The notes under the pieces were generated by a model. That model worked only from the letters and a program-made list of their open reading frames with translations. It was not told where the DNA came from and searched no databases. The position numbers and the translations under genes were made by a program. Positions 12,350 through 25,760 of a DNA stretch of 64,000 nt are shown here, piece by piece. The stretch comes from Mobula hypostoma. Lineage: Eukaryota. The first letter of the stretch is position 1. Each line of letters starts with the position of its first letter. The stretch is taken from assembly GCF_963921235.1 (NCBI RefSeq), contig NC_086097.1:176764001-176828000 (forward strand), given 5' to 3'.

Positions 12350-13910
12350 GCAAATCTATATCCCTCCTTTCTCTACAAACTCATGTGCCTATCTAAGAGT
12401 CTTTTTAAACCCCTCTATCATGTTTTCCTCCACTGCTGCCCCTGGCAGCACATTCTAGGCATCCGCTACTTTCTGTCTATAAACAAAACTTGCTCCTCAC
12501 ATCTCCTTTGAACTTAACCCCTCTTGCCTTAAATGTATGTCGACTGCACCAGGTGGCATCCTGAAGTAACACTTTAAGTCAGGAGGAGAAAAATTTCTGA
12601 ATGTGGCAGAGGACAAATGGATCCATAGAAAGAAATGCTGCAGCTCCAGCAGAGCTGAGCTGGCCCCCATCACATTGATCTTGTCAGCCACTGATGGTGC
12701 TTCACCGACAATGTAGACAACTAAGATCTCAACCAGTGGAGGGCCACTATGCCCTCTAATTTGAGACATTTCAACCCTGAGGAAAAGATACTGGATCTCT
12801 ACTCTATCTATGCCTCTCATAACCTTATAAACTATTGTGTCTTCCCTCAGAGAAAACAACCCTCGTACGTCCAACTGCACAGCACATGCCCTCTAATCGA
12901 GGCAGTATCTTCCTAAACTTCTTCTTCACCTCTCCGAAGCCTGTGCATCCTTCTTATAATGGGGCAACCAAAGCTGAATGCAATTCTCTAAATTCTCTGG
13001 CCTAACCAGAGTTTTATAAAGCTGCAATATAGCATGCTGACTCTTGAACTCAGTGTCTTGACGTATACAGGTAAGCCTGCTATACACCTTCTTTACCACC
13101 CTATCAACCTGTACAGCTACTTTCAGGAAGCTATGGACGGACCCCAAATTCCCTCTGTACATCTACTCTCTTAAGGGTCTTGCCTTTTACATTTGATCTC
13201 CCAAAGTCTAACACCTCACATTTGGCCTAATTAAACTCCACCTGTCATTTCTCCACCCACATCTGCAAGTGATCTGTAACTACTGGGTCCTTGGTCAACC
13301 TTCTATACTATACACAATCCCTCTGTGTCATCTGTAAAGTTATTAGCTCACCCACTCACATTTTTTATCCAGGTTGTTTATATACAAATATCATAAACAG
13401 AAGAGGTCCTTGTATAGATCCTTGCAGAACACAACCAGTCACATGAATCGAGCCAAGGATAGACCCATCAACTATTATCCCCTGTTTTCTTAGGGCAAGC
13501 CAATTCTGAATCCAAGTGCTTGAGCCACACTGGATCTCATGCATCTTAACCTTCTGGACGATCTTCCCATGAGGCACCTTGCCAAATGCCTCATTAAATC
13601 CATATGAACATCATCCACAGCTCTACTTTCATTGATCACCTTCATCACTTCCTCAAAAAACTTAATCAAGTTAGTAAGACGTGAACTGCTTTACACAAAG
13701 CCATGTTGACTATCTCTAATTAGGCAATGCTTTTCCAAGTGCTCATAAATCACATCCTGAAGAATCATCTCCAATAACTTCCACACCATTGAGGTGAGAC
13801 TCACCATTCTATAATTTTCAGGTATACCCTTAATTCTCATCTTGCACAAAGGAACAGCATTAGCTATCTGCCTGTCCTCCAGGACCTTGCCTGTGGCTGG
13901 ATTCTTTACT
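12350..13910 (-). mobile_element. Degenerate CR1 RT region
   Basis: ORFs with NYRMVSLTS, DSQHGFV, LQGSIQGPLLF and LQLYKTLVRP. Interrupted by an insert at about 12540-12745. Confidence 0.85.
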
Positions 13911-15036
13911 GGCTCTTTGAATGACCAACTATCCACTCAACCACACAAATCTCTAAGGTAATTATTTAAAGTTTTATCAAAATATTCAATGATTCATAAT
14001 CAAGACAATCAATGGCTTTTCCATGTATTAGAAGATAAGTGCATGGAAGAAGGAATACATCCAGCCCCCAAGGGTCAAAAAATGACAAACTTTCCCATGT
14101 ACCTGTCTCCAGTCTAAGTTCTGAAGTGTTCTTTAAGTGTTGTTGGCTGTGCCTTTCTTAATGTAATTAATTTCCTTATTATACATCTTGTCAGTTATTG
14201 ATTATTCCAGTAACAACATCCTCTGCACATATGCATATCTCTATGTTGTGCCACTGCTGAATATAAATTAGTATAATCCTAGCCATTAGTCAGGAATCAA
14301 GCTTTATGATACAAACCACTTAATGCAAAAGCTTGGGAAAAGTATTAAAATCTATTTTAATTGGTGATTGGCCATTGATTTATGATTATCATATGTACCG
14401 AGATATGGCGAAAAACTTTTGATGTGTGTGCCATCCATACAGGTGATTCCATGCATAAGTACATTGAAGTAGTACAAAGGGAGAAACAATAACAGGATGC
14501 CGAAAATAGCATTACAGTTGCATTGTAGGGAGAGAAATAAAATTTAAGGGCTATACCAAGGTAGAAATCAGGAGTTCTCCTTAACATACAAGATGTCCTT
14601 TCAAGAGTCTGATAACAGTGGGGCAGAAGCTGCCCTTCACCTTGATGGTACACATTCTCAAACATTTGTGACTTCTGCTCACTGGGGAAGAGAGAATGTC
14701 CAGAGTGCAAGTGCTCTTTGATTATGTTGGCATTGTTTTAATTGATATCTTGCAAAATATCAATAACTAAGTAGCAGGGAATTTTGCCCATGGAGTCTAT
14801 GCTGGTTGAGAAGATGCTTTTGAGACTTTCCATCTTTCTCTCTGAAGTCATGGCTCTTAAGAGCCTCACAGAGCGTCTGCCTCCACTGCCCTCAGGTGAT
14901 GAGTTATGGGACCCTATCCTGAATGAAACATTCTCATTAGTTGAGGTGTGAGTTTGAGTTAGTGAATGTGTGAACGTGCTGACGTGTGATTGTTTGTGTG
15001 TCTGTGCATGAAAGAAAGCATACGAGACTATCCACA

Positions 15037-17110
15037 TTAAACTGCATCTGCCCACTCACCCAGCCTGTCCAAGTCACCCTGCATTCTCATAACATCCCCC
15101 ACACATTTCACACTGCCTCCCAGCTTTGTGTCATCGGCAAATTTGCTAATGTTACTTTTAATTCCCTCATCTAAATCATTATTATATATTGTAAACAGCT
15201 GAGGTCCCAGCACTGAACCCTGCGGTACCCCACTGGCTGCCTGCCATTCCGAAAGGGACCCGTTAATCGCTACTCTTTGTTTTCTGTCAGCCAGCCAATT
15301 TTCAATCCATGTCAGTACTCTGCTCCCAATACCATGTGCCCTAATTTTGCCCACTAATCTCCTATGTGGGACTTTATCAAAGGCTTTCTGAAAGTCCAGG
15401 TACACTACATCCACTGGCTCTCCCTTGTCCATTTTCATAGTTACATCCTCAAAAAATTCCAGAAGATTAGTCAAGCGCGACTTCCCCTTCGTAGATCCAT
15501 GCTGACTCAGACCAATCCTGTTACTGCTATCCAGATGTGTCGTAATTTCATCTTTTATAATTGACTCCAGCATCTTTCCCACCACTGACGTCAGGCTAAC
15601 CGGTCTATAATTCCCTGTTTTCTCTCTTCCTCCCTTCTTGAAGAGAGGGACAACATTAGCCACCCTCCAATCCACAGGAACTGATCCTGAATCTATAGAA
15701 CATTGGAAAATGGTTACCAATGCGTCCATGATTTCTAAAGCCACCTCCTTAAGTACCCTGGGATGCAGACCATCAGGTCCCGGGGAATTATCAGCCTTCA
15801 GACCCAACAATCTATCCAACACCATTTCCTGCCTAATATAAATTTCCTTCAATTCATCCATTACCCTAGGTCCTTTGGCCACTATTACATCTGGGAGATT
15901 GTTTGTGTCTTCCCTAGTGAAGACAGATCCAAAGTACCTGTTCAACTCGTCTGCCATTTCCTTGTTCCCCATAATAAATTCACCCACTTCTGTCTTCAAG
16001 GGCCCAATTTTGGTCTTAACTATTTTTTTTCTTTTCACATACCTAAAGAAGCTTTTACTATCCTCCTTTATATTCTTGGCTAGTTTACCTTCGTACCTCA
16101 TTTTTTTCTCCGCGTATTGCCTTTTTAGTTACCTTCTGTTGCTCTTTAAAAGTTTCCCAATCCTCCGGCTTCCCACTCATCTTTGCTATGTTATACTTCT
16201 TCTCTTTTATTGTTATGCTGTCCATTACTTACCTTGTCAGCCACGGCCTCCCCTTACTCCCCTTAGGATCTTTCTTCCTCTTTGGAATGAACTGATCCTG
16301 CACCTTTCGCATTATTCCCAGAAACACTTGCCATTGCTGTTCCACTGTCATCCCTGCTAGGGTATTGTTCCATTGAACTTTGGCCAGCTCCTCCCTCATA
16401 GCACCATAGTTCCCTTTGTTCAACTGTAATACTGACACTTCCGAGTTTCCCTTCTCCCTCTCAAATTGTAGATTAAAACTTATCATATTATGGTCACTAC
16501 CTCCTAATGGCTCCTTTACCTCGAGGTCCCTGATCAAATCCGGTTCATTGCACAACACTAAATCTAGAATTGCGTTCTCTCTGGTAGGCTCCAGTGCAAG
16601 CTGTTCTAAGAATCCATCTCGGAGGGACTCCACAAACTCCCTTTCTTGGGGTCCAGTACCAACCTGATTCCTCCAGTCTACCTGCATGTTGAAGTCGCCC
16701 ATAACAACTGTAGCATTACCTTTGCGACATGCCAATTTTAACTCTTGATTCAACTTGCACCTTACATCCAGACTACTGTTTGGGGACCTGTAGATAACTC
16801 CTATTAGGGTCTTTCTACCTTTAGAATTTCTCAGTTCTATCCATACTGAGTCTACGTCTCCTGATTCTATGTCCCCCCTCGCAAGGGACTGAATATCATT
16901 CCTCACCAACAGAGCCACCCCACCCCCTCTGCATATCAGCCTGTCCTTTCGATAGGACGTATATCCTTGAATATTCATTTCCCAGGCCCTGTCCACTTGA
17001 AGCCATGTCTCTGTTATTCCCACAACATCATACTTACCAATTTCCAACTGTGCCTCAAGCTCATCCACTTTATTTCTTATACTCCATGCATTCATATACA
17101 ATACTTTTAA
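15037..17110 (-). pseudogene. CR1 ORF2 (AP endonuclease plus reverse transcriptase), split and truncated
   Basis: GITETW, MGDFN, LDLVL and SDH in 16229-17296. NYRPVSLTS, YLDFQKAFDKV, GVPQGSVLGP and FADD in 15037-16101. Confidence 0.93.
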
Positions 17111-17283
17111 TTCATTACTCCCCTCACCTCCCATATCAATTCCTATTTCACTTGGCCATACTGTACGATCACTTCTTGAGCTTTCTGCTCTGTTGATTCT
17201 GCTGTCATTCTTAACTTTTCTTATTCTCACTTTCCCTTTATCTCCATCCTTATGTTTCCAGTTCGTCCCCTCCCCCCCACTAC

Positions 17284-18277
17284 TTAGTTTAAACACACCC
17301 GTGTTGCAGAGTCAAACCTGCCTGCCAGAATGCTGGTGCCCCGCTTATTGAGGTGCAACCCGTCCCTTTTGTACAATTCATCCTTACCCCGAAACATACC
17401 CCAGTGGTCCAAGAATGTAAATCCTTGCTTCCTGCACCAGTTCCTCAGCCACACATTCAGATCCATTATCTCCCTGTTCTTGACCAGTCCAGCACGGGGA
17501 ACTGGAAGCAAACCGGAGATAACCACCCTGGAAGTCCTGCTTTTCAGCCTTCTTCCGAGTTCTCTGAAGTCGCGCTGTAGGATGTCTTTCGTCTTCTTCT
17601 CCACGTCATTTGTGCTGACATGCACCAACACTTCCGGATGTTCTCCTTCACCCTTGAGGATTCCTTGTAATCGGTCCGTGACGTCCTGGATCCTGGCACC
17701 AGGGAGGCAACACACCATCCTTAAATCCCGCCCGTTGCCGCAGAAACCCCTTTCTGTACCTCTCACTATGGAGTCCCCTACTACCACGGCTCTGCCTGAC
17801 GTCTGTCTCCTCGGCTTTGCCTCAGCACCAAATGTTGACTCGCAGACCCGTCCGCCTCTCAGGCTGGCAGTGTCTTCTGTTGCGACAGCTTCCAAGAGGG
17901 AGATCCTGTTTACGAGAGGCAGTCTCCTGTACTTCAAGCATCCTTTCCTTGCTCATCGTCGTCCTCCTACTCTCTTCCTGTATCCTGGATGTAACGATCT
18001 CACTGTAGGTCCTGTCCAGAAAACTCTCGTTCTCCTGGATTAACCTAACATCATCCAGTTACCTCTCCAGTGCTGCAACACTGTCCTTCAGAAGCTAAAT
18101 ATGGACACATTTTCCACAGGTGTAGGATCCAGAGGCACCATCAGTGTCCCTGACTTCCCACATCATGCACGCAGCACATTGAATCAGCCTAGCGGTCATC
18201 TCTTCTCCACTTCTCACCCTCTCCGACTGTGGTGTAGTCTCTGCCCTCAGCCTCCTTGCCGAAGAGTCCTGAGCCAA
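17284..18277 (-). pseudogene. CR1 ORF1 (zinc finger plus SGNH/GDSL esterase), disrupted
   Basis: CAACMMW...YTCGKC (18095-18277). GDSIVRG, PGARI, HVSTND and DGLHLN (17284-17937). Confidence 0.9.
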
Positions 18278-18424
18278 AGAGTCGCACTTATCTCACAAGG
18301 CACTTCCCTCGACAAGGCCGCTCCCCGACGGGCCGCTCCCCTAGAGCGAGCCTTGCTTATATTAGCTGATAATTTCAGTAATTAGCTTCACCTGCCTCGC
18401 CTCCTCCGACCTCGAAGGTCTGGT

Positions 18425-19518
18425 TCTCATATGTGTTCTCAAGCCCAGACAGAAGCACTGCAGAGGAGTATATTAAGGAGGTCTTGCCCTGGGATTTATT
18501 CAGCTCTCCTCATCTCCAGCCGGTGCTGGCTTCTTCTTTGTATTGAAAAAGGGACAGGAGCCTGCAGCCATGCATTGATTATAGAGGGTTGAATTGCACA
18601 TTGGTTAAGAATCGTTACCTTTTTCCACTCATGAACACTGTCTTCAAGATTCTCCAAGGGGCAAGAGTATTCTTGAAGCTGGATTTGTGGAGTGCGTACA
18701 ACCTGGTGCAGATAAAGGAGGGTGACGAGTGGAAGATGGCATTCAACACGTCGACAGGGCACCATGAGTACCTGGTCATGCCTTTGGCCTTGTGAACATG
18801 CCAGCAGTGTTCCAGGCTTTTACAAACAACATGCTCTGGGATGCTCTCCATAAGTACGCCTTTGCCTACTTTGTCGACATTCTAATTTTCTCAAAGTCCA
18901 TGGAGGAGCATGTCGCTCACGTCAGAGATATCCTAAAGAGGCTTCTTTATCATAGACTTTATATCAAACTGGAGAAGTCCGAATTTCATGTAACTGCCAT
19001 TTCATTTTTGGGCTTCATCATCTCTAATGACAATCTCAAGATGGACCCTAGAAAGATGCAGCCAGGCGGAGATTCGCCACAACCATCCAGTGTGAAGCAA
19101 GTCCAACGATTCCTGGAATTTGCCAACTTTTACCAAAAGTTTATCAGAAACTTCAGCTCAGCAGAGGGTCCACTGACAGCACTAACCAAGAGATCTACAG
19201 GCCCTTTTGTTTGGACTACTGAGGTGGAGGCTGCTTTCACTGAGCTCAAACAGTGGTTTATGACATATTCCATTTTGGTCACGCCTAACTCAGACCTTCC
19301 CTTCATCGTGGAAGTGAATGCTTGGGACGTCAGAGTGGGTGCAGTATTTTCTGAACGGGCACGTTCAGGCAATAAGCTACACCCATGCGTGTTCTTTTCG
19401 AGGCGACTATCGTCGGCAGAGGTGAATTATGACATTGGGAATAGAGAGCTGCTCACGATCAAGTTGGCATCAATGGCTTGAGAGGGCCAAGAACCCTTTT
19501 ATCATATGGACAGATCAT
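18425..19518 (+). mobile_element. Gypsy (sushi/Tf2-like) pol fragment: RT and RNase H
   Basis: [66 protein letters not shown] and WTDH. Confidence 0.9.
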
Positions 19519-19896
19519 TGTTACTACATGCATCCATCTGTGCCAGCCTCCTATGTATAGACACTATAACTCACCGGAGTATGGATAGCTGGTGACAGTC
19601 CAGCTAATTGGCAATCATTTTTTGGGAGCCAAGGATTGAGCATTTAAGGAGCACTTGAACTGAGGTTCGATGCTCAGTCGTAAGCCTGCTCATGATTTCA
19701 TCTCGTGTTTGATTTGTGCTCAGAACAAATGATGTGAATCAGGACCTGGTGGATTCAAACTCAACAGCTTTGCCGGGGTATTCAGTCCCAGCCTGTCACT
19801 CAGTCATCAGTAGCTATTAGTAGAGCCACAGGCAGGCCGATGAGAACGACAAGTGGATACTAGATGTTGCGTTGAAGGGTCTAGAGGAAAGTAACA
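19519..19896. mobile_element. Candidate LTR
   Basis: Bounded by a perfect terminal inverted hexamer tgttac...gtaaca that starts immediately after the RNase H WTDH codons. No TSD is visible. Confidence 0.45.
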
Positions 19897-20694
19897 CTGT
19901 TGTATCACTGGGAAATAGGATGGTAATGGCATCTCAAATAGTCATGTATCTGAGAAGTAAAAGTAGCTCAAGCCTGAACTTCCGTCCAGCTGAGTTTAAT
20001 TAGGCACCCTAGCTATATATATGTGCCTGAGACTTTTGCAAAGCACTATAGATTGTGAAGTGAAGAGTCCATTTTATCACACTAGAGGCTCTTTCAAAAG
20101 ATTTACGAGAGTGTGAAAGAAGCTGTCCTTGAGCCTGGTGCTATGTGGTTGGTTGCTTTAACAAGGCAGTGACAGGTGTAGGTGGAGTCCACATGGAGGG
20201 GAGAGCTGGTTTTCATGATATGTTGAGCTGTGTCCACAATTACTGCAGTTTCTTGCCATCTTGGGCAGAGGACTTGACTTGTCAAGCCATGATGCATCTC
20301 TTTAACCAAAAGTGAATAAAGCAGAACTAACAGAACAATTAGGGGGATGTGTTGATTGCCACTGCACATTGTCTAAAATCATACTTGGAGGCATTACTGA
20401 ATAAATATAAAGCTGTCTTCTAGTACTCTTACACTGAGATTTCTGAATACAAAACCCACATCTGCATCAAGCCTAATGTGAGACTGTGAACCTTTATTTA
20501 CTCTGTCATAAGAAGGACATTGAAGCTCTGATATGTCATCTCAATCCACTAAGTGGGCTTTGTTTTCAGTAACATCACAAGTAATGGAAGGAGTAATATT
20601 TGCCTCTTGCACATTAAGAAAAAAGTGATGGTAACTATACACAGATTGGTTAAAAAGTGGTTTCCATGGGTTTCAGAGTGACAAAGGAATAACA

Positions 20695-21555
20695 GTTTAA
20701 AGTTCAAAGTAAATTTATTATCAAAGCACATGTATGTCATCGTATATGACCCTGAGATTCTTTCCCTTGTGGACAATTCATGGTAAATACAAAGAAACGC
20801 AACAGAACCAATGAAAAATCACACAAAAGACTGAAAAACAACAAATTGTGCAAAAGACAACAAATTGTGCAAATACAAAAGTAAGTAAATGACACAAATC
20901 GAGAACACGAGAGAAGAGTCCTTGAAACTGAGTCCACAGATCGTTGGGTGAGAGAGGTTGAGTGAAATGATCCCATCTGGTTCATGAGCCTGATGGCTGA
21001 CGAGTAATAACTGTTCCGCCGGTGGTGTTGGTACTGAGGCTTCTGTACCTCCTTCCTGTTGGTAGCAATGAGGAGAGAGCCTGGCCTGGATGGTGAGAGT
21101 ACTTGATGATGAATTCTCCCTTCCTGCTACAGTGCCCCTTGTAGATGTACTCAGTGGTGGGGAGGGTTTTACCCGTGATTGACCGGGCCGTATACACTGC
21201 TATTTGTAGGCTTTTTCGTTCAATGGCATTGGTGTTTCCATACCAGGCCCTGATGCAACCACTCAGTATTCTCTCCACTGAGCATCCATAGAAGTTTGTC
21301 AAAGTTTTAGATGACATGCCATATCTTTATAAACTTCTAAGAAAGTAGATGTGCTGCTGTGCTTTCTTTCTAATGGCGCTTACCTGCTAGAGCCCTGATC
21401 AGATCCTCTGAAATGATTACACCAAGGCATTTAAAGTTGCTGACCCCTCCCACCTCTGATCCCCTGATGAGGACCGGCTCCTGGACCTTCGGTTTCCTCC
21501 TCCTGAGGTCAATGATCAGATCTTTGATTTTGCTGATGTTGAGTGAGAGGTTGAT
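20695..21555 (-). mobile_element. Rex1/Babar 3' fragment
   Basis: ORF 20982-21317 (LTNFYGCSVERILSGCIRAWYGN...GRRYRSL), with an (actttga)n tail on the minus strand. Confidence 0.85.
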
Positions 21556-21904
21556 GTCTAGTCATGGATCACAAGCCTTATTCTGGGTTCAACACCTGTA
21601 ATTCCAAATCTACCATCTTCCAAAAGTCAGAACTGGGAAATTGTAATACCATAATGCGGCTTCATAGTTGGGCACCTCACTTCCATGCAAAATGCAATTG
21701 TTTTTTATCTTAATCCAGGCCATCACACAAAGATTCCAACAATTTTTGTCTGAAAAGAATTTTCTTTACAACTTGTGGATGACAACTCTTCAGAGCTAAA
21801 CGTAGTGGTGACCTGATAAAGGTATATATGAAGTAAAAGCTCAGAGGTAAATTTAAGGTTATGGTGTGTATGCCTGTTAATGACATAACAGTTGGTGGAT
21901 AGAC

Positions 21905-24900
21905 CCTAAGACCATAAGATATAGGAGCAGCATTAGGTTATTTGGCACATCTGCCATTTCATCATGGCTGATCCATTTTCCCTCTCAGCCCCAGTCCCCT
22001 GCCTTCACCCTGTCTTCCTTCATGGCCTGTCCAATCAAGAATCTATCAGTCTCTGCCTTAAATATACATAAGGACTTGGCCTCCACAACTGCTTGTTGCA
22101 ATGAGTCCCAAAGATTCACCACTCTCTGACTAAAGAAATTTCTCCACAGCTCCCCTCTATTCTGAGACTGTGTCCTCTAGTCCTAGGCTCACCCACCATA
22201 AGAAACATCCTCTGCACTTCCACTCTATCGAGGCCAATCAGCTTTCAATAAGCTTCAATGCAGTCACCACTCATTCTTCTAAATTCTAGTGAATACAGGC
22301 CCAGAGCCATCAAACACTCATCAAACACAAGCTATTCAATCTTAGAATCATTTTTGTGAACCTTCTTTGAAACCTCTCCAGTGCTGGGAGTCCTTTTACA
22401 TTCTAGTCCTCTTGAAATGAATGCTAATATCACATTTACTTTCCTCTCTACAGACTCAACCTGCAAATTAATCTTTAGGGAATCCTGCACAAGGATTCCC
22501 AAGCCCCTTTGCATCCCATAGTTTTGAATTTTCTCTCTATTTAGAAAATAGTCTACCCCTTTATTTCTTCTACCAAAGTGCATGACAAACACTTCCCAAC
22601 ACTGACTCCTTTGCCCATTCTCCTAATCTGTCTGTCCTTCTGTAGCCTCTCTACTACCTCAACACTACTTGCCCCTCCACCTGCCTTTGTATCGTCTGCA
22701 AACCTTGTAACAAAGCCATCAATTCCATCATCCAAGTCATGGATATATAACATAAAAAGAAACTGTCTCAACACAGATCCTTGTGGAACACCACTAGTCA
22801 CCAGCAGCCAACCAGAAAAGGCTTCCTCCACTCCTTGCCTCCTACCAATAGTAAGTATATGGGAGGACTGAGATCAGGTGGAAAGTTGGATAGAACATTA
22901 GCAGGTGGAAGTTTAAGTCAAATAAGGATCGGACATTCACAGTAAATGGCAAGGAACAGAGATATACAGCAAAACAGGCTCTTCAGCCCATAGTTATGGT
23001 GACCATGATGCCCATCTAAGCTAGTACTAGTTTTCCAAATTTGGCTATATCCTTTTGATCTTTTCCTATCCATGTACCTGTCCAGGTTTCTTTTAAATGT
23101 ACATGTACCTAACTCAAAAAATTCTTCTGGCACTCATTCTATATACTGCCCATCAAATTCCTTTTCCCTGTCTTTTCCCTGTCACTTTAGCCTATGACCT
23201 CTAGTTCTCAATTTCCTAGCCCTGGGAAAAAGACTGTGTGCTTTCACCCTATCTATGACTCTCATGATTTTAAACATCTCTTTTAAGATCATCTTCCATT
23301 CTCCTATGCTCTAATGTAAAAAGTTCCAACATGCTCAAACTCTGTCCCTAACTCTGTCCCTTGAATGTTGGCAACATCCTCCTAAATGTCCTCTGCACTC
23401 TTTCCAGCTTAATGGCATGTTTCCTACAGCATATTGATCAAGGTGGGACATTGCTGGTACTCCTTACTATGTATGATTCACACACAAGTGATTACTAACA
23501 GCGGATTTGTGAGCTGGAAGTTATTCCCACAAAAGCATTCCCTCCCACATACAAAACACTCTGTCACTGCTGTTGCTCTGAACAAATGACTATGATGAAT
23601 ATGTAAATCCTCAGAGCCACTTCCATCTAGACACATCAACGACAAATTATATTTTCTTCTTCAAAACAGAGAGCTCAGTTTAAAAGCAATTAAAATAAGA
23701 AGAAAAACTGATGAAGTAATGAGTAGGCTCTCCTTTCATGAGAAGAATACAGATCATGGGCAAGGAAGGTCTAGGAGAGGATGTAGAGATTTTGCTGAAT
23801 GTATACTGGGACTTCAGGAATGTGGAGGGATTGGAGAATCTTGGACTCTGCTCTTCCCATGCGGGATGTTTCAAGGAAGATTTAATGGAAGCATTCAAAT
23901 CACTTAATTAAGACCTGGTTAGAGTGAATGTGGAGAAGATGTTTCCATCATTTAGAGAGTCTAGGATCCAAGGGTGCAGCCTCAGAAGAAAGGGACTTCC
24001 CTTTAGAACTGTGTTGAGGAGGAATTATTTAGCCACATGGTGATGAATCAGTGGAATGCATTGCCACAACGGGCTGTAGAAGGCAAATCTTTGGGTATGT
24101 TTGTGGCAGAGATTGGTGGATTCTAGATTGTTAAAGGAGATTAAGGGTTATGGAGAAAAGGCAGGAGAATAGGATTGAAAAAAAGTAATCAACCACAAGT
24201 GAATGGAGGAGCAGATCTGTTGGGCCAAATTCTGCTCCCATATTTAATGGTCATACCGCACAGGAGAGCCATTAAGCCCATTGTGTGTGTACATCCCCTA
24301 TTCAAGAGTAATTCAACCAGGACCTCTCACCCAACTTCTCTCAGTGACCTTGGTATTCTTTCCCCTTTGACACTATGACCAGGTTGGCCTCCTTCCAAGT
24401 CCTGTGGATGGGCAAGTTTCTCCCCAAGTCACTTAGCTTCATTATCCAATCAACTTTGAGCGATATTCCCTGGCTTCTGACTACCCTCATACCACACCTA
24501 CTCCTCACCATGGAAACAGATGCTATTTGCCCTGTTCATCCCCCTCATGATTCCCTCACAATTTCCAATTTCTATAAACAGAAATCTCTCTTACTCTCGG
24601 AATTCTCTTTGTAAGTCTGACAATCACAGAAATGGACCTTCTAGCTCACTTACCACGCTTTTGTCTTTATTTGTTTACCTGCCCTGCTTTCTCTGTAACT
24701 CTAACAGTATATTCTCTATTCAGTTTTTCTTTGTACATAGAAAAGTATAGCAGAGTACAGACCATTTGGTCAATGATGATGTGCCGATGCTTTAATCTAC
24801 TCTGAGATCAATCTAACTCTTCTCTCCCATATAGCCTTCCATTTTTCTATCATCCTTGTGCTTGTCTGAGAGTCTGTTAAATGTCCCTAATGTTTCTGCC

Positions 24901-25760
24901 TTTACCAATATGCCCAGGACTGCATTTCATACACTTACAACTCTCTGCGTAAAAAACATGCCTCTGACATCCCCACCCCGTACTCTCCTCTAATCACCTT
25001 TAAATTGTTCCCTCTATTATTAGCTATTGCCATCCTAGGTAAAATGTGCTGGCTGTCCACTCTGTCCATGCCTCTCACCATCATAAACAGCTCTATCAAG
25101 TCACCACTCTCATCCTCCTTCACTCCAAAGGGAAAAGACGTAGCTCGCTCAACCTTTTCAATTAAGACATGTTCTCTAATCCTGGTAGCATCCTAGTAAA
25201 TCTCCTCTGCACTCTCTCTAAAGCTTCCACGTCCTATCTATAAAGAGGTGAATGGAACTGAACAAATACTCTAAATGTAATCGAACCAGAGTTTCCATAG
25301 CTGCAATATTACCTCATGGCTCTTGAACTCCATCCCCTGACTAATGAAGGCCAACACACCATATGCTTTCTTAACCATCCTATCAACTTGTACAACAACT
25401 TCTATGGATGTGGACCCCAAGGCCCCTCTGTTATTCCAAACTGCTAAGAATCCCGCCATTAGCTTTGTATCCTGCCCTCGAGATCAACCTTTAAAAGTTA
25501 ATTTCCAATTGAACTGTATCTGCCTCTTCTCAGCCCAACTCTGCATCCTGTCAATGTCCCATTGTAAACTAGAGCAACCTTCCACACTACCCATAATGCC
25601 ACCAACCTACTTGTCATTTCCAGACTTACTAACACAGCATTTCACTTCCTGATCTAAGTCATTTATAAAAATGTCAAAGAGCAGGGATTAGGGAAGAGAT
25701 CCCTGCGGAATGCCATTGGTCACTGACCTACAGGCAGTATACGCTCTAGCTCCTACCACA
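21905..25760. mobile_element. Cluster of CR1 fragments (21905-22845 -, 22960-23440 -, 23820-24250 +, 24735-25760 -)
   Basis: GVPQGSVL, FADDTK, KKAYGVLAFI and GDLIE motifs, with CR1 tails. Confidence 0.8.

Larger units (their letters stand above)
15029..18420 (-). mobile_element. Young CR1 LINE, 5' end present, 3' end missing
   Basis: In order on the minus strand: 5'UTR with a (ggggagcggcc)x2 repeat, ORF1 zinc finger and SGNH esterase, then ORF2 APE endonuclease and RT, breaking off just after FADD. Confidence 0.95.

Noticed and set aside
17330..18043. 237-aa plus-strand ORF
   Set aside because: Antisense shadow of CR1 ORF1.
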